Part shown: piece by piece, positions 37,201 through 43,774 of the stretch
How the letters are laid out: each line of letters begins with the position of its first letter
Numbering within the stretch: the stretch's first letter is position 1
DNA from: Paludibacteraceae bacterium
GTDB lineage: Bacteria; Bacteroidota; Bacteroidia; Bacteroidales; Paludibacteraceae
Direction of reading: 5' to 3'
Length of the DNA: 64,000 nt
Assembly (NCBI GenBank): GCA_017448345.1
Contig: JAFSLP010000088.1
Span: 859-64,858 of the forward strand
Notes under the pieces: generated by a model
Told to the model about the DNA's origin: nothing
The model's database searches: none
What the model saw: only the letters and a program-made list of their open reading frames with translations
Program-made: the position numbers and the translations under genes

Positions 37201-37773
37201 GAATACTCCGTTACCAAGGAGCTGAAAGCTATGATTAAGGCCTATGATGAGAAGATGAAATCTCTTGAGAATATCTACAAAGGCTACACTGGAGAACAAT
37301 TGAGTGCGGCAGATAGACGACTTGGTGAGGTTCTTGAAGCCACCTATGGTATGAGTTATGAAGAGTGCAGAAGATACATTGAGGAAGAAATATCCAAAAA
37401 TGGCAACGATGCTGCTCTGGAAGCATACTTAACTTTTGGTGTAAATCTTGCAGAGAAAGATTGGAACAACAAAGTAAATGCGAACTGGAGGGCTCTCACA
37501 GACGCTTATACAAAATTGAGTATCTATAGTAAGGGAATAAAGCAGGGGAAAAGTGAAAGAGAGTTCATCCGTGGCATTGAAGCAGAGACCGGCATAAAAC
37601 TCGACGAGCACACATCACTTAATGAGGCTCGTAAGATATTAACAGCCATGATGTTAAGTGAGATAATGCGAGTAAAGGGTATTGAGCACACTATACCCGA
37701 TGTACAAAAGTGGATGCTTGACCAGCCGTGGCTTCCTGCGACAGAACGAGCAAGAAAGTCTGTGAAAAAGTAG
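28219..37773 (+). CDS. Giant multidomain (polyvalent-type) virion protein, 3184 aa
   Basis: A single uninterrupted 9.55-kb ORF. It has Gly/Ala-rich membrane-like segments near the N-terminus and near residue 2730, and long acidic linkers. Recognisable motifs are the zincin HEYTH at 33004-33018 and a kinase-like module with VVIKAK ... ADLHNQNIFWDADGDVRCID at 33814-34263. Confidence 0.85.
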   Translation: MAQITQETLNDMIATVNAGKQYDMQTWHQKFPEFGGDDALVQSAMDYVATYNSGKYNTTEELNAQFPEFFTGGEQSDSFMSFLAGQEPVIPNFWQQTTERVIGKEEDIMSDDAKKRLPKGYMVLNDDERRKAEQKAIQEQLAYDQMSFVERESQLPVLGAMDLMRQRVDSNNRIRRANTKTPEELFTVALASWQKTNEGIHRSAQYERDLQEAIAKFQKDKQKEFSSDIAVNAIIRNAKAGKITKEQAEQQLQSIWEAKYSEELATLLQPIQETFQQDFYNANQRVLDEEVNRLAGEELTRDIAKTQSKFAALDKKWSNEIYEATGAGKGIGLGAIAYSRMPAKTANSSPKVQAAKTLTSRAKELQEAALKNKGFGSAFGSTITDISTWDFGLTDFNVALGINVLVRKIERDEELDDYDKVELDAILEYMAAQAMYSGQLGRWYKAGTTTAQAVPFMLEFLLMPIDSIKNATVKAMFKYGLKKYGIKQGTRKAVDLGISAMGRFAGSMAAAGLMTVTFDTPKVMAGTIERTTGTVNAPDLLNDGLQYTGRTGQQGLAEAAYNATVDKYIENLSEMILSDLAPALKLAGMSKIFRRVGGQKALDIVRKLTMDNKVAGALRTMQTGDIFEEFAEEEVGNLLKWWLSTDVSAAEGNTGFDADSQIDTILGLIPMQAAFGVGKAGAATINFAKGKKMWSDYRSHLTEQGQQLLGSFMEAKTDEEAKEALSALLHQMRTEDNMDAEMKEDFLHSVLGEYQSKYAEYSAEEEKEEGQASAEQEEQAEVPANEEEGQIQDNGTEHPTEEETTVEVETAEPVQEKARPVTVVIDGVEQQITFSGSKIVYNADGSINHDKSGQIYLQDADGHLVPGSQQEEMSEALDAALRQEKQNGDELLKNDMPIEEVAEETPATEEAPVTEESSATEQSAYPLLEDGTPDFAQMTPEQQVAYAMETGGEEAAAETIQTAIEELTSEMESVGKKKGLVPAQRVAEKNRIRQEIAAWQALAQPQESAPAQTDIRPVGISDFGPIYDQFRGKPQEAIAFLMERQDGECIGALSHPEIGPIDLVWGVEGTGGSDGFGLSKLVKFHPEVLDNLQGILDEMHVTLRSENRIQLESERYRAGVRLTWNNESKTWLLTAFEKEEYKENSALDKTTDTDETANGGEGSDTALPQNTISGDKGTTKNPDTQISGEENAEKVDLSAENVVLMYYNKGSRYVFCRKEEDGTMIRLDTGKPLETTRNGKETAWREADRKVVLIDGVPYYMLGSNPNSTTVNVVPVEASMPVITSTGENSSVIAVEKGALTDEKGKRIFRNAEDNREEQYKTLRREAKTLDDIADYVVFDYMKDGEKKAITLRDLLRMFSTVDEDMNRIYIGDKRYGGEMDRLLSEMGKDMEERSDVEEILNERISEAAIVWNTMAEDGEKVKDKQTLPKKIRAFIEVLDKRGWAEKADYFAGRVASEQQPSEEQEQKPKVSKRIATDEDMQTLADLNYDLRDAERAGDYAEADRIKQEIASLREQIIEYNIGNTAIDEAAGRRTIGYLRNAGVDIEEISQDAAEQMMDDETVEQLRSSDSTVYGFTQGDKIYVISGKLNPNTPVHEYTHLWARAFAKANPKKWSSIVNTLKQTPTWAEVEADANYASIHGNEQAIASEVLARLTGEYWGQIDENGKSKMDETFEKKALLVRVRSALRSFWQQVGEWLGIKTSARISDFEGQLQALVRRPIRDLIETDFDKKFQKMQEGLDNGGENVLSLQSISELTDALEDDIRQGNKPVVFERVPLAAMQEGLRNERTLTEALAIVALRSRRQHRAYIRDGQEVTAEEKNSRDGSNNEMLLDLIQYAKEKGMWVEDVVETLDEKYGFDNRVENMPDGEATGESHVWIDKENGVVIKAKADYQYETIEELLEGMMLNNWLFKGNRQHIIGFGIDRSEGRDAIRVIYETPYVEKHESKPLTQEEKDRYMAAYGFTKADSPITTERKGEKSNYTNGEFMVADLHNQNIFWDADGDVRCIDPIVKWEAGEHYQVQTPEQKERDEWNESRLDEMFDGQSEYQIFTEEKQPAHAEPMSWLQRKVNAAADQANGIRVMQQEIERITGRKITYDKDVREALEHSSSIIDQALKRFEKGPQRRLDKAMRNIRKQIKKSGLWKKGMSDVYENKGIPVTLTPSAQDILERYMMAKDNLERIEFGTEPRMHELAVRLRQQMNIDAEGEMEDADVLSAYVEQFESQFKESEIAGLWKAINECTDFGLDWLLKGGVIGKDYYERLKQRRHYIPERGFAQLQTNEELRDEIDNRKRGNRNGGKPMATQAAHGGESMATDVIAYMLMLNANSVQVSQENTVKRAMFNLMQENLDACQQMGYPVPQQVWYIRDGVDEDGNPRYKASMEQPSEEMQAQNDAVKERIRDLQEDLRMFGKDNAEMKAHIQSLIDETKKELLIVQKRDAGAASVDVAMLAGEEVPKVVVSVPTEDGDVAQYIMQFPARHEIANALNGITGTKWEDKLQKMIGSNISALYTVYNPTFFATNLPRDIEWIIAKGSAERGMLYPAFFAAQMARPATTILPILEYVSGVDVDGRTGGSTLSDAFTTDGTIEHEFYQFLNGGGNTGYTQMNNIQKFRKKVERMTEGPRPVKATMRFLFAEVAPAINEFSELWTRFAVYRATKAMLHSENATIRRNKPMSEEQIEAEALHDAKNFSTNFNRKGAGGFINFFNSLSMFSNAAIQGVSGAIRTFENPKKAIRGAASIMILPAFIGWMCTMLSPDDDDEGFVIPSFMRENNLIFMDKRVPLSQELIPWYRIGVNYALMQQGRRTKEQAIENIGMGFAEHGMPVPPVIGSALSTGIDWIMDDDDDYSDKETRLVSAMTQLMYAQYLGNLHQLEQNKNWAGSNLRNEFAQGRPQYLFGQNESELFQDLAKLQYRLAGGDMNVPQNTKSGSLKKMNEFEDINPKEIRAYLSTIVPSGWVDIATYAYSGIFGDEEPRGKDKPIVNKFLINTDRDVFEYSVTKELKAMIKAYDEKMKSLENIYKGYTGEQLSAADRRLGEVLEATYGMSYEECRRYIEEEISKNGNDAALEAYLTFGVNLAEKDWNNKVNANWRALTDAYTKLSIYSKGIKQGKSEREFIRGIEAETGIKLDEHTSLNEARKILTAMMLSEIMRVKGIEHTIPDVQKWMLDQPWLPATERARKSVKK

Positions 37774-37811
37774 AGCAAAATTCCATAAAATTATTCCAAA
37801 GGCAAATTAAA

Positions 37812-37842
37812 TTTGTATATTTGGAAAAAAAGTAGTAACTTT
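37812..37842 (+). promoter_or_regulatory. Plus-strand promoter for the 38056 membrane-protein moron
   Basis: TTTG (37812-37815)-N19-TAACTTTG (37835-37842) within AGTAGTAACTTTGCAGCG. It leaves a leader of about 200 nt before the ATG. Confidence 0.5.
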
Positions 37843-38055
37843 GCAGCGGAATTGAGAGAAATCAGTTCCGTTGTTTAGTATTGCTCCGTTCTTCTTTCCG
37901 AAATCTACCAAGTTTTTAACACCGAGGAACGGCATATTATCAACTACACATGTATAGTGGTAGTTTAGGTGTGCTGTAGAGGCTGTTTAGGTAGGGCAAT
38001 GATAGGGTCTGGAGACAATCTATACCATTTTTGTTATACCAAAATCACATAAGCA

Positions 38056-38511
38056 ATGCCTAATTATATTTGCACATCCGGCGTGATATTCCTGATTACC
38101 GCTCTGCTTTTATTTTCGTTGAATTTCACTTCAGGCAAACACACATCAGATTACCCATTATATATATTGGGAGGAGAAATATATGTGTTCACACTTTCGT
38201 TTTGCCTTTTCGGATGGTTCGATAATGTTTTGCCAGACAGTTTCAGTGAATGGTTGTTGTTGATTATAGGAAGCACTTTCATGGGAGTTTTTGCGATTGG
38301 AGCATTGTGGTGTATATGTGTTAGTATTATTTGGGCCATTACCGCTATTGGAGCAATCTGCTTTGTCATATTAGAATCACTGTTTGGTTTGGAAATTACT
38401 ATTACAAAGCAGGAGTCGAATTACGCTAAATCAAAAACAAGATTGGCTGTAATATCTGCCATCAATATAGCATCGTTTATTCCCATAGTAATATATTTAT
38501 TTTTCATATAA
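38056..38511 (+). CDS. Multi-pass membrane protein, moron (151 aa)
   Basis: It has 4-5 hydrophobic helices, is AT-rich, has its own promoter, and lies at the late/early convergence point. Confidence 0.6.
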   Translation: MPNYICTSGVIFLITALLLFSLNFTSGKHTSDYPLYILGGEIYVFTLSFCLFGWFDNVLPDSFSEWLLLIIGSTFMGVFAIGALWCICVSIIWAITAIGAICFVILESLFGLEITITKQESNYAKSKTRLAVISAINIASFIPIVIYLFFI

Positions 38512-38525
38512 AGAACAGAGGACTG

Positions 38526-38741
38526 TCAATCGGCAGTCCTCTTTCTTATCTCCTCCCATCGTTTGCGATGTGTGACATGCCATCCGCCGCAGCCTTTGCA
38601 GAAATAGGCTCTGATGGGTGCTGTGCCCTTGAACTGGTCTGCGTTCATTTCGATAAAGCGCATGGCTTTCTGCTCTGTCTCGAAGACCATCTTTGGTCGC
38701 ATAGCGATTGGGCAATAGACTCTATGTTTTGGTTTCGCCAT
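38526..38741 (-). CDS. Small zinc-ribbon-like protein (71 aa)
   Basis: CP...CKGCGGWH cysteine pairs and a basic C-terminus. Confidence 0.45.
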   Translation of the reverse strand: MAKPKHRVYCPIAMRPKMVFETEQKAMRFIEMNADQFKGTAPIRAYFCKGCGGWHVTHRKRWEEIRKRTAD

Positions 38742-38745
38742 AGTG

Positions 38746-39282
38746 TTATTCGATTAAGTTCGGTAATCTACGGAAGTCCTCGCCGTCCGGAAGAGGACAA
38801 TCCTTTTTCCATTCGATGTCCTTGACCTGCCACAATGACAGGTCTATACCTTGCGGAAGCATCGCCTTGATGTCCGGGAAGAGGCAGAGCCGCAGCGACT
38901 TTCCTTTGGTCTTCTCCGGTGCTCTCAACAGCTTTGCGTTCAGCAGGCAGAACAAATCTATCGTGCCTTTGTTGTGCGGTGTGAGCACTATACCGTCTGC
39001 TTCATCGAGCACATACGGGAAGATTGCCGGATGAGCAATGGATGTGTACACATAGAACTTTGTCTGTGTGCCGTATCGTAATACGCGCAGTCCTTGTATC
39101 AAGTCGCACACGAGACGAGGATATAACAGCGGTTCGCCACCAGTTATCATTATCTCATCGTAGTCGATACGGTCCACAACAGGCACTTTCATCAGGTCGA
39201 ACTGATTATTGCAGCACATGGGGCATTTGTGCGGGCATTGTTTGGTAACGAGCAGCCGCAGTTTCTTGTTTTTCTTACTCAT
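38746..39282 (-). CDS. Mini radical-SAM enzyme, NrdG/QueE-like activase fold (178 aa)
   Basis: It has the CxxxCxxC motif CPHKCPMC, followed by IMITGGEPLLYP (a SAM-binding GGE motif). Confidence 0.65.
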   Translation of the reverse strand: MSKKNKKLRLLVTKQCPHKCPMCCNNQFDLMKVPVVDRIDYDEIMITGGEPLLYPRLVCDLIQGLRVLRYGTQTKFYVYTSIAHPAIFPYVLDEADGIVLTPHNKGTIDLFCLLNAKLLRAPEKTKGKSLRLCLFPDIKAMLPQGIDLSLWQVKDIEWKKDCPLPDGEDFRRLPNLIE

Positions 39283-39363
39283 AGGTTGATTCCTTTCATT
39301 TTAAGATGAGGATAATAATGATTATCCATAATAATGCCTTGATACTCATGGCTTCTCCTTTCT

Positions 39364-39858
39364 TTATGGGTAATTTAATATAACATACTTGCCTGGTATT
39401 TCAGCCCTGCGCAATCTCATATTCGCTTCCTCGCCAAAGGCAACGAGGCAAGAACCGAAAAACGGTGTGCCACTTGTTCCATCCGGTCGCAAGAACTTAA
39501 CACGGTGCCGCATGAATATCATACTCTTCGCTCTCGGAAAGATGACCTCTTGGAACAGTAGATTATCTTGGCGATTTACGAGGAGCGCGATACCGTTGTT
39601 ATGCTCTGCCAGTTTCTCTACGAACCGGCGTAGCAACACACGGCTGTAAGGTGGATTGAGCCACACGAAAGCATCTTTCGGCCATTCCTGCACCAATCCG
39701 TCCTGCTCTTTGTTGAATGTCATTGGCGCCAACTGATAGAGCGGTTGCATCGGAGCGCAAGGGTCGAGGTCGAATGAACCAAGTTTCTCAATCAATGATT
39801 GTGGTGTGTACCATTCGTCTGATGATATCACTTTGTTCCTTTGTTGTCTGGAGTCCAT
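39364..39858 (-). CDS. dam: Phage-type DNA N6-adenine methyltransferase (Dam family, 164 aa)
   Basis: DEWYTP near the N-terminus and the catalytic NPPYS motif. Confidence 0.75.
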   Translation of the reverse strand: MDSRQQRNKVISSDEWYTPQSLIEKLGSFDLDPCAPMQPLYQLAPMTFNKEQDGLVQEWPKDAFVWLNPPYSRVLLRRFVEKLAEHNNGIALLVNRQDNLLFQEVIFPRAKSMIFMRHRVKFLRPDGTSGTPFFGSCLVAFGEEANMRLRRAEIPGKYVILNYP

Positions 39859-39860
39859 AA

Positions 39861-40160
39861 CTATTCCTCAAATAACGATGGCAAGTTTGCCGTTTTACTT
39901 TTCCGTTTACGTTTCGGCCAATGCTCCTTTCGGAACGGACAATCATTCTTTCGACAGATGTCGATAGTGCGTTGTGCAATCGGTTCGTCTGACATCATGC
40001 GTACCTCTATGTCACGATAGATAGCGCAGCGACATTTCGTATAAGCTATAAGGTCGCTTACTACCATCTTTGGCGACTTGATGCACTTATCACAATTCCT
40101 TGCAGACCACCAGCGATGCTCTTCGCCGTTGCTGAACGGGTCTTGATTAACCTTTTCCAT
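39861..40160 (-). CDS. Cys-rich hypothetical protein (99 aa)
   Basis: Several CxxC-like pairs (CDKC, CRC, CRKNDC) and a basic tail. Confidence 0.45.
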   Translation of the reverse strand: MEKVNQDPFSNGEEHRWWSARNCDKCIKSPKMVVSDLIAYTKCRCAIYRDIEVRMMSDEPIAQRTIDICRKNDCPFRKEHWPKRKRKSKTANLPSLFEE

Positions 40161-40172
40161 ATCTCACTCCTC

Positions 40173-40499
40173 CTAAAATTCTTTTGACATAATAATCATG
40201 CCCTCATCATATCCGTCTGCAATTACATCATAGCCTTCTCTCTTATACCACTCTTTTTTCCAAGAGTTATTTTCGACTTGCAAAGAGACACGATTACAAC
40301 ATTTTCTTTTTGCTATCAATTCTGCTGCGCGAAGTAATTGCTTACCAATGCCATGTTGGCGACTTGATTCGTTTACGATGAGTGTGCTCACGAAACACAC
40401 ATCGGGACATTTTCTATCGAAAGTGAGTCTGCAAATTCCGTGTTCGATATGCACAAACACTTCCTCTCCTGCAAGTGTGTAAAAATATATAGCATCCAT
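40173..40499 (-). CDS. GNAT-family N-acetyltransferase (108 aa from the ATG at 40499)
   Basis: It has the acetyl-CoA motif A, SRQHGIGKQLLRAAELIA. The ORF-track start at 40520 overlaps the upstream gene, so the later ATG is preferred. Confidence 0.65.
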   Translation of the reverse strand: MDAIYFYTLAGEEVFVHIEHGICRLTFDRKCPDVCFVSTLIVNESSRQHGIGKQLLRAAELIAKRKCCNRVSLQVENNSWKKEWYKREGYDVIADGYDEGMIIMSKEF

Positions 40500-40501
40500 A
40501 A

Positions 40502-41143
40502 TTAGTCCTCCCTTATACATTCGTAAGCAAATACAAGCGGGTTGCTATCCCATGTGCCACGCTTTCCTACTTTGTCGATGAGTGCGGCAAAAGCATCGCG
40601 AGGAGTGCTGAACGGATATTGCCCACAGTAACCTATATTGGATGGGAATGAGTATTGCAAGCCGAGAACATCTGCACGTACTCCCTCGCGCAGGCAGTCC
40701 TCATCGCTGATGTCTTGCAGGTACTCTACCTTGAAGCCGGTGATGCGGATGTGGTGCGGCATCCACTCTGCTTTAACAAACATCTTATTTGTAAATCCGG
40801 GCATCTTCTTTTTGTGATAGAAAAGATGCTTCATGTCAGCATAGGTTAAATCTTCTAATTGCTGTTCGCTCATATCAAGACGAGCAACATCATAGTTCTG
40901 CGCGATGGCAACAATCTCGCCCACTTTGTACACATGGTTGTCAAACATCCGTTCAGGACCAACCATATTCATGATAGCATCCTTCAACGAAATGTGTTCC
41001 AACGCTCCGGCGTAATACTCTTCCTGGTATTTCTTCGCAGCGTCAAGAATACATTGCGGCACAATCCGGCGCGTCATCGTCTTGCTGCCGTCAAGCACGG
41101 CTTGCGTAAGTCTGTACTTGTCGTTAAACATAATCTTTTTCAT
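40502..41143 (-). CDS. ASCH/PUA-like domain protein (213 aa from the ATG at 41143)
   Basis: The N-terminus MKKIMFNDKYRLTQAVLDGSKTMTRR is typical of ASCH-domain phage proteins (from memory). Confidence 0.5.
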   Translation of the reverse strand: MKKIMFNDKYRLTQAVLDGSKTMTRRIVPQCILDAAKKYQEEYYAGALEHISLKDAIMNMVGPERMFDNHVYKVGEIVAIAQNYDVARLDMSEQQLEDLTYADMKHLFYHKKKMPGFTNKMFVKAEWMPHHIRITGFKVEYLQDISDEDCLREGVRADVLGLQYSFPSNIGYCGQYPFSTPRDAFAALIDKVGKRGTWDSNPLVFAYECIRED

Positions 41144-41145
41144 AA

Positions 41146-41685
41146 TCAATTTCCTTTCCTGATTTGTTCGATTATACCTTTGGTTTGATATCGCTTGGCT
41201 GTCTTGCCGAAGTTGCGTCCACCACATCCGAACATGATAGTGTCTATCTTCCGACACCATATCTGATAGGTGCGCAATGTATCGTCTTGGAAACCCAGAC
41301 TCAACTCGAATGCCTTGCGCTTTCCGCTGCGGCTCTCACGACCGCAGAGGTTTGGAAGCAGGAATGTGCAGACGAGCACAGGCGTATCGCCGTGCATTTC
41401 CGTGCGCTGGCTGTATGTTTGGTTCTCTTTGAGATAAAGACCACGGTAGCGCACTTTCGCTTTCGTTATCGCTCCCTTGATAGGATGAGGGATGAGATAG
41501 CGCAGGGCATATTCCAAGCGCCTGTCCTGCTCTTTCTTAAAAGCCATCAGCACCTCATTGACTGCCATGTCTTTAAGACCACATGCAAATGCTTCGTTCT
41601 GACGAAGACAAGATGACATCATCGCTATCTTCATTTCCCTCTTCTTCTCTTCGGAGATAGGCGGGAATTTTATCACATCGTCCAT
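41146..41685 (-). CDS. Hypothetical protein (179 aa)
   Basis: Clean ORF. No motif recognised. Confidence 0.5.
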   Translation of the reverse strand: MDDVIKFPPISEEKKREMKIAMMSSCLRQNEAFACGLKDMAVNEVLMAFKKEQDRRLEYALRYLIPHPIKGAITKAKVRYRGLYLKENQTYSQRTEMHGDTPVLVCTFLLPNLCGRESRSGKRKAFELSLGFQDDTLRTYQIWCRKIDTIMFGCGGRNFGKTAKRYQTKGIIEQIRKGN

Positions 41686-41697
41686 AGTTGTATTTAT

Positions 41698-42327
41698 TTA
41701 TGCGAACAATCCTGTAAAGTTCTTAAATCGCTCTTCCTGCATTCTGAAATAAGTCGGGTCAATTTCGCAACCAACGAAATCAAAGCCAAGAATCTGCGCT
41801 GCTATCCGGCTGCTGCCACTACCAAGGTTTGGGTCGAAGATTGTATATCCTGGCTTCGCATAGTTCTGCAACAGCCATGTGTAAAGTTCAACCGGCTTTT
41901 GGTGTGGGTGTATCTTCTTGTGCTTTCGTTCTTTTCCCATCCTATAGCCATCCCACTCGATATGAACTATGTTGCATGGTATGCGAATGTCCGTGTATGC
42001 TATCTCGCATTTAGAATAGTGGAATGCCGGATTGTTGGCACTCATCTTATCCCATACAATCAGATAGTTTGTATTGCCGAGAATGTCAGCGTAGTAATTC
42101 CAGCCCCATATAATCTGATGCTGCGACACCCGCATTAACTCTTCAAAGTATTCACGTGACGGACGCTGTGCGTTGTCGTAAGACGTATCAATATAGTTCT
42201 GACCACCACTACGTTTCTTCCAGTCTTTGCCTATACCGTATGGCGGGTCAGCAATCACCAGAGAGAAATGATTGTCCGGTAGTGTTCGCATGTATTCCAT
42301 GCAGTCTATATTGAAAGCCTGTGTCAT
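41698..42327 (-). CDS. DNA methyltransferase, N6/N4 (beta-class) type (209 aa)
   Basis: Catalytic DPPYG near the N-terminus and the SAM-binding FDPNLGSGSS near the C-terminus. Confidence 0.75.
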   Translation of the reverse strand: MTQAFNIDCMEYMRTLPDNHFSLVIADPPYGIGKDWKKRSGGQNYIDTSYDNAQRPSREYFEELMRVSQHQIIWGWNYYADILGNTNYLIVWDKMSANNPAFHYSKCEIAYTDIRIPCNIVHIEWDGYRMGKERKHKKIHPHQKPVELYTWLLQNYAKPGYTIFDPNLGSGSSRIAAQILGFDFVGCEIDPTYFRMQEERFKNFTGLFA

Positions 42328-42842
42328 TATTCGTTGAGTTGTGCTTTATATTTTCTGATATGTTTTCTGATTGTAGAGCCGCATATTCCGTACATTGCTC
42401 CAATGTTGTCTGTAGTCATGCCGCCTTTGTTCAGTTCGTAGAAGACCTTTATGTCCTCGTCTTTCACTTTCCGGTTCGGTGCTTTCTTTCCGAGCATTGG
42501 AGGTTTCCGGTTCAGCACCCGATATGAATGCAGATTATTTTCTTCCTGCGTACACCATTCAAGGTTATCCACTCTGTTGTTTCTGTGGTTTCCATCCTTG
42601 TGATTAACATGTGCCTTCCCCTCTACCGGAGGAAGAAACGCTTTTGCCACAAGTCTATGCACGCGGAATGTTTTATGCACTCCGCCAACAGACAGAAGCA
42701 CCGTTGGGTATGTTTGTGCGTAGTTGATACTACGCAGCCTGCCTGATTTCTTACGGCGCACATTTCCTAAACTGGAGACCTCATAGTATTCTTCGTAGCC
42801 GACTACAGGCTTCCATGTCTCTGTTTCAATCAACTTATTCAT
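42327..42842 (-). CDS. HNH homing-type endonuclease with a NUMOD4-like N-terminus (171 aa)
   Basis: WKPVVGYEEYYEVSSLGNVRR (NUMOD4-like), HVNHKDGNHRNNRVDNLEW (HNH) and a C-terminal HTH-like region. Confidence 0.7.
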   Translation of the reverse strand: MNKLIETETWKPVVGYEEYYEVSSLGNVRRKKSGRLRSINYAQTYPTVLLSVGGVHKTFRVHRLVAKAFLPPVEGKAHVNHKDGNHRNNRVDNLEWCTQEENNLHSYRVLNRKPPMLGKKAPNRKVKDEDIKVFYELNKGGMTTDNIGAMYGICGSTIRKHIRKYKAQLNE

Positions 42843-42902
42843 GGGATAATGTGTTTTGGTGTTGCGAATAGAGGCTAAACCAACAGCCTCTACCCTGTGT
42901 TA

Positions 42903-43703
42903 CTATAGATTGCTTGCATCCAGTCCTACCCTCATTCCGCCCATCAACCATTTATGAGTTTGTGCATAGTGCGAATATGCTTTGCTCATATCTGGTGGTA
43001 CTATGTCGGTTATTCCGGATTGTTTAGCAGCGGCAATTGTAAAGTCGCCTCCATAGAAATCTTTTTTATTCTCATCATTCAAGATAAGACTTCGTACGAT
43101 GTCGATTGCCTCGTCTGCATCTTTGGCAAGAGTCAGGAAGGTATCGTCATTATACTTTTCGTCCATTCTGTCCCAGTACTCAATAACAACAGTATGGTAG
43201 GAACGCACGATGTGGTCATCCTCTTTGCGCTCATAATTGACAATGTGCATATTGTCTGCGACCTTGATGCTTTGGATGTAAAAGTCGCCGTTTGCGCATT
43301 GCTCACAATAGTCAATAGCAATAGTAGTTGCCATGCTAACACTTTGGGCATATACAAGCAATTTGCTCTTGCTTTTGCTATCCTTAATGGCGACCTCATA
43401 CATACCGCCAACCAACAGCAAGCGGTTTGGTCTGTTTTGATTGGTGACAAGTATGTCTTCCAACTCACCTGCCTGTTGATGGAACTGAATCTTTGCTACA
43501 TCATCGGCTGATAGAATATGACCGCGCTCAAAGATGACATTCTTTCGTTCTACTGTGTGTACTTCGCCTGTATCAGAGTCCACGAAGTCTTCCTTATATG
43601 AGCGGCAAGCCGCTTCTGCAAGCATTTTGCCAATCATTTGTTTCGGTTCGCTGACACGCATCCTGACCTCATCAATGCGTGTCACGATATTTGTTGTTGC
43701 CAT
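42903..43703 (-). CDS. Hypothetical protein (266 aa)
   Basis: Clean ORF directly downstream of DGR target 2. No motif recognised. Confidence 0.55.
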   Translation of the reverse strand: MATTNIVTRIDEVRMRVSEPKQMIGKMLAEAACRSYKEDFVDSDTGEVHTVERKNVIFERGHILSADDVAKIQFHQQAGELEDILVTNQNRPNRLLLVGGMYEVAIKDSKSKSKLLVYAQSVSMATTIAIDYCEQCANGDFYIQSIKVADNMHIVNYERKEDDHIVRSYHTVVIEYWDRMDEKYNDDTFLTLAKDADEAIDIVRSLILNDENKKDFYGGDFTIAAAKQSGITDIVPPDMSKAYSHYAQTHKWLMGGMRVGLDASNL

Positions 43704-43725
43704 AATGTTTTTGTTTTAAGAATGC

Positions 43726-43752
43726 CCCTGCGTGCTGTCAGAGCACGCAGGG
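43726..43752 (-). promoter_or_regulatory. GC-rich hairpin 27 nt downstream of VR2 (DGR target-recognition-type hairpin)
   Basis: The minus strand reads ccctgcgtgct-ctgac-agcacgcaggg (11-bp stem, 5-nt loop), with no T-tract after it. Confidence 0.6.
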
Positions 43753-43774
43753 ATAAGAAAAAGGAAAGCCCAGA

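Noticed and set aside
28219-37773. The giant protein as an N4-type virion RNA polymerase
   Set aside because: I could not find T7-like single-subunit RNAP motifs (the motif A DxxxxG, the motif B RxxxKxxxxxxYG, the motif C HD) or DxDGD double-psi-barrel motifs. The motifs that are present are zincin-like and kinase-like.
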